From an uncultured virus (IMG/VR IMGVR_UViG_3300042196_000264) (Duplodnaviria; Heunggongvirae; Uroviricota; Caudoviricetes), in IMG/VR virus record IMGVR_UViG_3300042196_000264: a stretch of DNA of 64,000 bases. One strand, given 5' to 3'. The notes below the pieces were generated by a model, which was not told where the DNA came from, searched no databases, and saw nothing but the letters and a program-made list of their open reading frames with translations. This document shows positions 57,185-64,000 of the stretch, piece after piece. Positions within the stretch are counted from its first letter, which is position 1; every line of letters begins with the position of its first letter. A program made the position numbers and the translations under genes.

Positions 57185-58328
57185 GAAACGCCGCCAAGTG
57201 ATCGAGACTAGACCAAGGATCTGCCTCTCCATGATCGTCAAGGACGAGTCGAAGTGCATCGTGAGATGCCTCGACGCCATGATCCCCTGGATCGACACAT
57301 GGTGCATCGTCGACACGGGCTCCACGGATGGCACGCCGGACATCGTCATCGCCCACATGGCGAAATCCGGACGCAACGGCAACCTCTATCGCAGGGACTG
57401 GGTCGACTTCGCCGCCAACCGAACGGAGTGCCTCGAGCTCGCGCGAGCGGACCAAGGGAAACCTGACTACCTGCTCGTGATGGACGCCGACGACACGCTC
57501 ATGTTCCCAGACGGTTTCAAGTGGCCAGAACTTACAGAGTCGGCCTACGAGCTCGAGCTCAGAGGTGGGAATGTCTCCTGGTGGAGAGCACAGATCTTCC
57601 GCGCGGCGGACCCTTGGCGCTACGAGTCCGAGATCCACGAATACGCGATCGGCGGAGGACCGATCGCCCAACTTCATGGACCATGGGTCCGCATCGGGAG
57701 TGACGGCGGGAGGAAATCTGCCGGGGAGTCAGCCGTGTACGCCGCGGACGCCGAGCTCCTCAGGGGCATCGTCAAGAAGCGTCCGCGTGACCCTCGAGCA
57801 TGGTTCTACCTGGCCGAGAGCTACAGGTTCTCGGGGCAGCCCGAAGCCGCGATCAGTGCGTATGGTCATCGGCTCGAGCTCGAAGGCTGGGACGAAGAGC
57901 GATGGTGGTCGCAGTACCAGATTGGAGTCTTGTGGGAGCAGATCCTGGAGGGGTGGAATGACGCCTCCTTCGACCTGGCCACCGAGGCCTACGACGCGGC
58001 CTACAGGATCCGTCCGACCCGCGCCGAGTCACTCGTCAAGTGCGCATCGTTGCTACGCCGCAAGGGTCGTCATGCAGAGGCCTTCCTGCGTGCTTGTGCG
58101 GCGATCCAGATCCCCAGGCCACCCGACCGTTGGCTCATCGAGGAATCCTGTTACGTGTGGATGGCCGCCGACGAGTACTCGCTCGCGTGTCACAACCTCG
58201 GTTTTCACGCCAGGGCCGCGGAGGCCACCATGAGGCTTCTCGCCAATCCCAAGGTTCCACACGAGCAACTCGAGCGCCTCACCAACAACCTCAGCTTCTA
58301 CAGGAAGGGGCTCGCTCATGCCGGATGA
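57177..58328 (+). CDS. GT2 glycosyltransferase with TPR repeats
   Basis: ICLSMIVKDE, IVDTGSTDGT, DFAANR, MDADD, IHE, RAWFYLAESY. Confidence 0.9.
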   Translation: MPRKRRQVIETRPRICLSMIVKDESKCIVRCLDAMIPWIDTWCIVDTGSTDGTPDIVIAHMAKSGRNGNLYRRDWVDFAANRTECLELARADQGKPDYLLVMDADDTLMFPDGFKWPELTESAYELELRGGNVSWWRAQIFRAADPWRYESEIHEYAIGGGPIAQLHGPWVRIGSDGGRKSAGESAVYAADAELLRGIVKKRPRDPRAWFYLAESYRFSGQPEAAISAYGHRLELEGWDEERWWSQYQIGVLWEQILEGWNDASFDLATEAYDAAYRIRPTRAESLVKCASLLRRKGRHAEAFLRACAAIQIPRPPDRWLIEESCYVWMAADEYSLACHNLGFHARAAEATMRLLANPKVPHEQLERLTNNLSFYRKGLAHAG

Positions 58329-58542
58329 TGAAGTGGATCCTGAATCAACTGGGATCGGGCGATTCAGTGACGGGCTAGTCCACGTGTACTCCATGATGAA
58401 GAACCCGATGTCGCCTCACAAGTCCACTCCGATGTGTGGGGCTGATGCCTCTTACGCCGACACGGGGCACGCGTACGATCTGCTTTGCAAGTCCTGCATA
58501 ACGAGGCTTGCGCTCCTCTGGGCAATCGACATGCTCAACTGA

Positions 58543-61487
<2,945 letters not shown>

Positions 61488-61501
61488 GTTTCAGTTCTCC
61501 T

Positions 61502-63763
61502 TCACCACGAGATCACGTAGATCGCTCCGTGTCCACCTGTGCCACCTGCACCGGATGTGCCCGGAGATGTGGCTGCACCGCCACCGCCACCGCCACCGCC
61601 AGGCTGCCCGCCGTTTCCGCCTGCTCCGCCCGCCCCCGCGAGCGCGCCACCACCACCACCGCCGCCACTTCCGGCTTCGTAGCCATTTCCCGCGTCGCCG
61701 GCACCACCCGCTCCGCCCGCGGCTGCCCCGGCCGTACCTCCACCGCCTGTCGTAGCCGTGCGCGAACTCGCCTCGGATCCGCCGAGTCCCCCCGCTCCGC
61801 CAGCGGTGGTTCCACCTCCACCATTGACACCACCACCGCCGCCACCGCCGCCGGGACCGGCAGCACGGCTGCCGGCGGCTCCGGCCGCCGTGTCGTCTCC
61901 TGCTCCGCCGGATCCACCGTTGTCGGAGGCATTGTTGGTCCCCGCTCCTGCCGTCCCTGACGCAGTGCCTCCACCTCCTCCGGCAGTGGCGCCCGCCGCG
62001 AACACAACACTGCCGAACGTGGATTCTGTGCCGTTGGTGCCGCCATTTCCAGCACCATCGACTGCGACGCCCGCTCCGCCTGCGCCTCCAGTACCCACGC
62101 TCGTGGCCTCCGTGGCGCCGAGGGATGCAACGGTGAAGAACGCCTCGACGCGGGCGCCACCGCCAGCGCCGCCGCCGCCGCTGTCGTTCGTACTTCCACG
62201 GCCACCACCACCACCACCACCGCCACCGCCGAAGGCGATCACCTGTGCGTAGGTCGTTCCCGAGGCCTTCGTCCACGTACCGGCACCCGTCGCGGTGAAC
62301 GTCTGGACGTTGATCGCAGATCCAGTAGGTCCAGTTGCACCGGTGGCCCCCGTGGTTCCGCTGGCTCCCGTAGCGCCTGTTGCCCCCGTTGGTCCTGTCG
62401 CTCCCGTCGCGCCTGTTGCCCCGGTCGCACCGGTGGCCCCGGTGGCGCCTGTGGGCCCGGTGGCGCCCGTGGGTCCAGTCGCCCCCGTGGGCCCGGTGGC
62501 GCCCGTGGGCCCTGTCGCTCCGGTCGCCCCGGTGGCGCCCGTGGGCCCTGTCGCTCCGGTGGCTCCGGTGGCGCCCGTGGGCCCGGTCGCTCCCGTGGGT
62601 CCAGTAGCCCCCGTGGTCCCGGTGGCGCCCGTGGGCCCAGTAGCCCCCGTGGCGCCAGTCGCCCCTGTGGGGCCTGTCGCTCCGGTGGCTCCGGTGGCGC
62701 CCGTGGGTCCAGTGGCGCCCGTAGGACCCGTGCTCCCGGTCGCCCCGGTCGCTCCCGTCGCTCCCGTGGCGCCCGTGGGTCCTGTCGCGCCAGTCGGACC
62801 CGTGCTCCCGGTCGCACCCGTCGCACCCGTGGGTCCGGTGGCCCCGGTGGCGCCAGTCGGACCTGTTGCGCCGGTGGATCCTGTGGGCCCGGTGGCGCCG
62901 GTGGGTCCTGTCGCACCGGTGGCCCCGGTTGCGCCGGTGGATCCTGTGGGTCCCGTCGCACCAGTTGCGCCTGTGGGACCGGTGGCGCCTGTGGGACCCG
63001 TCGCTCCGGTTGGCCCGGTCGCGCCTGTGGGACCCGTGGCACCGGTCGCTCCGGTGGCTCCTTGTGCCCCTGCGACACCAGTTGGACCCGTGGCACCCGT
63101 GGCACCCGTGGGTCCAGTTGCGCCAAACGTACCTGTGGGCCCTGTGGGGCCTGCTGGCCCGGTTGGACCTGTTGGGCCTGTGGGTCCTGTGGAGCCGGTC
63201 CCGGGGCCTGCAGGTCCGGTTGAGCCGGTAGGGCCTGTCGCCCCTGTCGGCCCCATGGGACCTTCTTGATCGCAGCACTCGAGAGATTGGATCGCGAGGA
63301 TCTCTGCAAGGTCGTCGGGGACCTCGAAGTTGATGCGAACGAGGATCGGATCTCCAGGGTTCGCGGATAGCCCGACGACCTGGAGGTCGGAGCCCTGGGG
63401 TACGAAGATCCCCTGGATCTCTTCGAAGTAGTCCGTGAGCCCGACGAGGCTGACGACTTCCTTCTGGAAGGAGACCGCTCCGGAGGTTCGGTCGACGATG
63501 TTGATGGCAGCGCCAGCGACTCCGGCGTTGGGTCCAGCGATCCAGATCGAGACGATGTAGCGGTTGCCGTAGGCGCTATCACCGGCGCCGAAGTTCGCAA
63601 CGTTCCCGAAGTCCGGCGTGAGCAGGCCTAGGTTCGCGACGGGTACGCGGTAGACCTGGTCGAGCTCGGGTGGCGCCCGGCTCGTGTCGATGACAGGGGC
63701 AGGCGTCGTGCCGTCCAGGGTCCCGCTGACGATGTACAGGACCGTGATCGTCTTGCTGCTCAC
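61502..63763 (-). CDS. Collagen-like and glycine-rich fibre protein, paralogue B
   Basis: GTG start (VSSKTIT); same three-part architecture as paralogue A. Confidence 0.85.
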   Translation of the reverse strand: MSSKTITVLYIVSGTLDGTTPAPVIDTSRAPPELDQVYRVPVANLGLLTPDFGNVANFGAGDSAYGNRYIVSIWIAGPNAGVAGAAINIVDRTSGAVSFQKEVVSLVGLTDYFEEIQGIFVPQGSDLQVVGLSANPGDPILVRINFEVPDDLAEILAIQSLECCDQEGPMGPTGATGPTGSTGPAGPGTGSTGPTGPTGPTGPAGPTGPTGTFGATGPTGATGATGPTGVAGAQGATGATGATGPTGATGPTGATGPTGATGPTGATGATGPTGSTGATGATGATGPTGATGPTGSTGATGPTGATGATGPTGATGATGSTGPTGATGPTGATGATGATGATGSTGPTGATGPTGATGATGATGPTGATGATGATGPTGATGTTGATGPTGATGPTGATGATGATGPTGATGATGATGPTGATGPTGATGPTGATGPTGATGATGATGATGATGATGPTGATGATGASGTTGATGATGPTGSAINVQTFTATGAGTWTKASGTTYAQVIAFGGGGGGGGGGRGSTNDSGGGGAGGGARVEAFFTVASLGATEATSVGTGGAGGAGVAVDGAGNGGTNGTESTFGSVVFAAGATAGGGGGTASGTAGAGTNNASDNGGSGGAGDDTAAGAAGSRAAGPGGGGGGGGVNGGGGTTAGGAGGLGGSEASSRTATTGGGGTAGAAAGGAGGAGDAGNGYEAGSGGGGGGGALAGAGGAGGNGGQPGGGGGGGGAATSPGTSGAGGTGGHGAIYVISW

Positions 63764-64000
63764 AGGTACCTGATCTCGACGCTGAGACGGTAATCGATCT
63801 CCGGAACGTGGTCGTTGGCGACTCCGAGCGACACGAGGTCGCCGACGTTCCACGAGAACGTTCCTGTTGGGTCGAACGAGATGTTGGTGCTGCCGGCTGG
63901 GAGCGGAGAGAGCGTGAGGCTGTTCACGACTACGCCGTTGACCGCGAGACTGAGCTCGAAGTCTCCGCTGTCACTCGACCAGACCTCCACCGTCGGGATG
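63760..64000 (-). CDS. Partial hypothetical protein (5' end outside the window)
   Basis: Frame runs to the window edge; stop overlaps the start of paralogue B. Confidence 0.55.
   Translation of the reverse strand, partial: IPTVEVWSSDSGDFELSLAVNGVVVNSLTLSPLPAGSTNISFDPTGTFSWNVGDLVSLGVANDHVPEIDYRLSVEIRYL

Overview
High-GC, gene-dense segment of a large prokaryotic virus or virus-like element. The host is probably Myxococcota, inferred from one lipoprotein family. No terminase, portal, HK97 capsid or packaging ATPase was recognised in the window. Left part (2.2-31 kb): one long + strand operon of putative virion proteins, including many N-terminally anchored membrane proteins, a transglutaminase-like Cys-His-Asp protein, about ten consecutive basic proteins sharing a C-terminal RLANKLKR-type tag and [RK]xxN(P) motifs, and fibre-like paralogues. 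Middle and right part: accessory and DNA-metabolism genes (Gp88-like, SOD, RecD/Dda helicase, DUF5131, a two-frame C5 methyltransferase, MmcB, beta clamp, glycosyltransferases, collagen-like fibres), a tRNA-Phe, five tandem Ser-X dipeptide mini-genes and a tyrosine recombinase. The main find is a compact CRISPR system with no cas1/cas2 in the window. It has three dispersed arrays with related 36-nt repeats and a shared leader/promoter, and one ~600-aa TnpB/Cas12-like protein whose third RuvC Asp is replaced by Pro, so it is probably nuclease-dead. An omega-RNA-like scaffold at the 3' end of that gene carries an anti-repeat to the segment conserved in all three arrays. Several spacers translate to integrase, IS66 transposase and excisionase-like motifs, which suggests RNA-guided silencing of rival mobile elements. 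All assignments come from reading motifs by eye; no searches were run.
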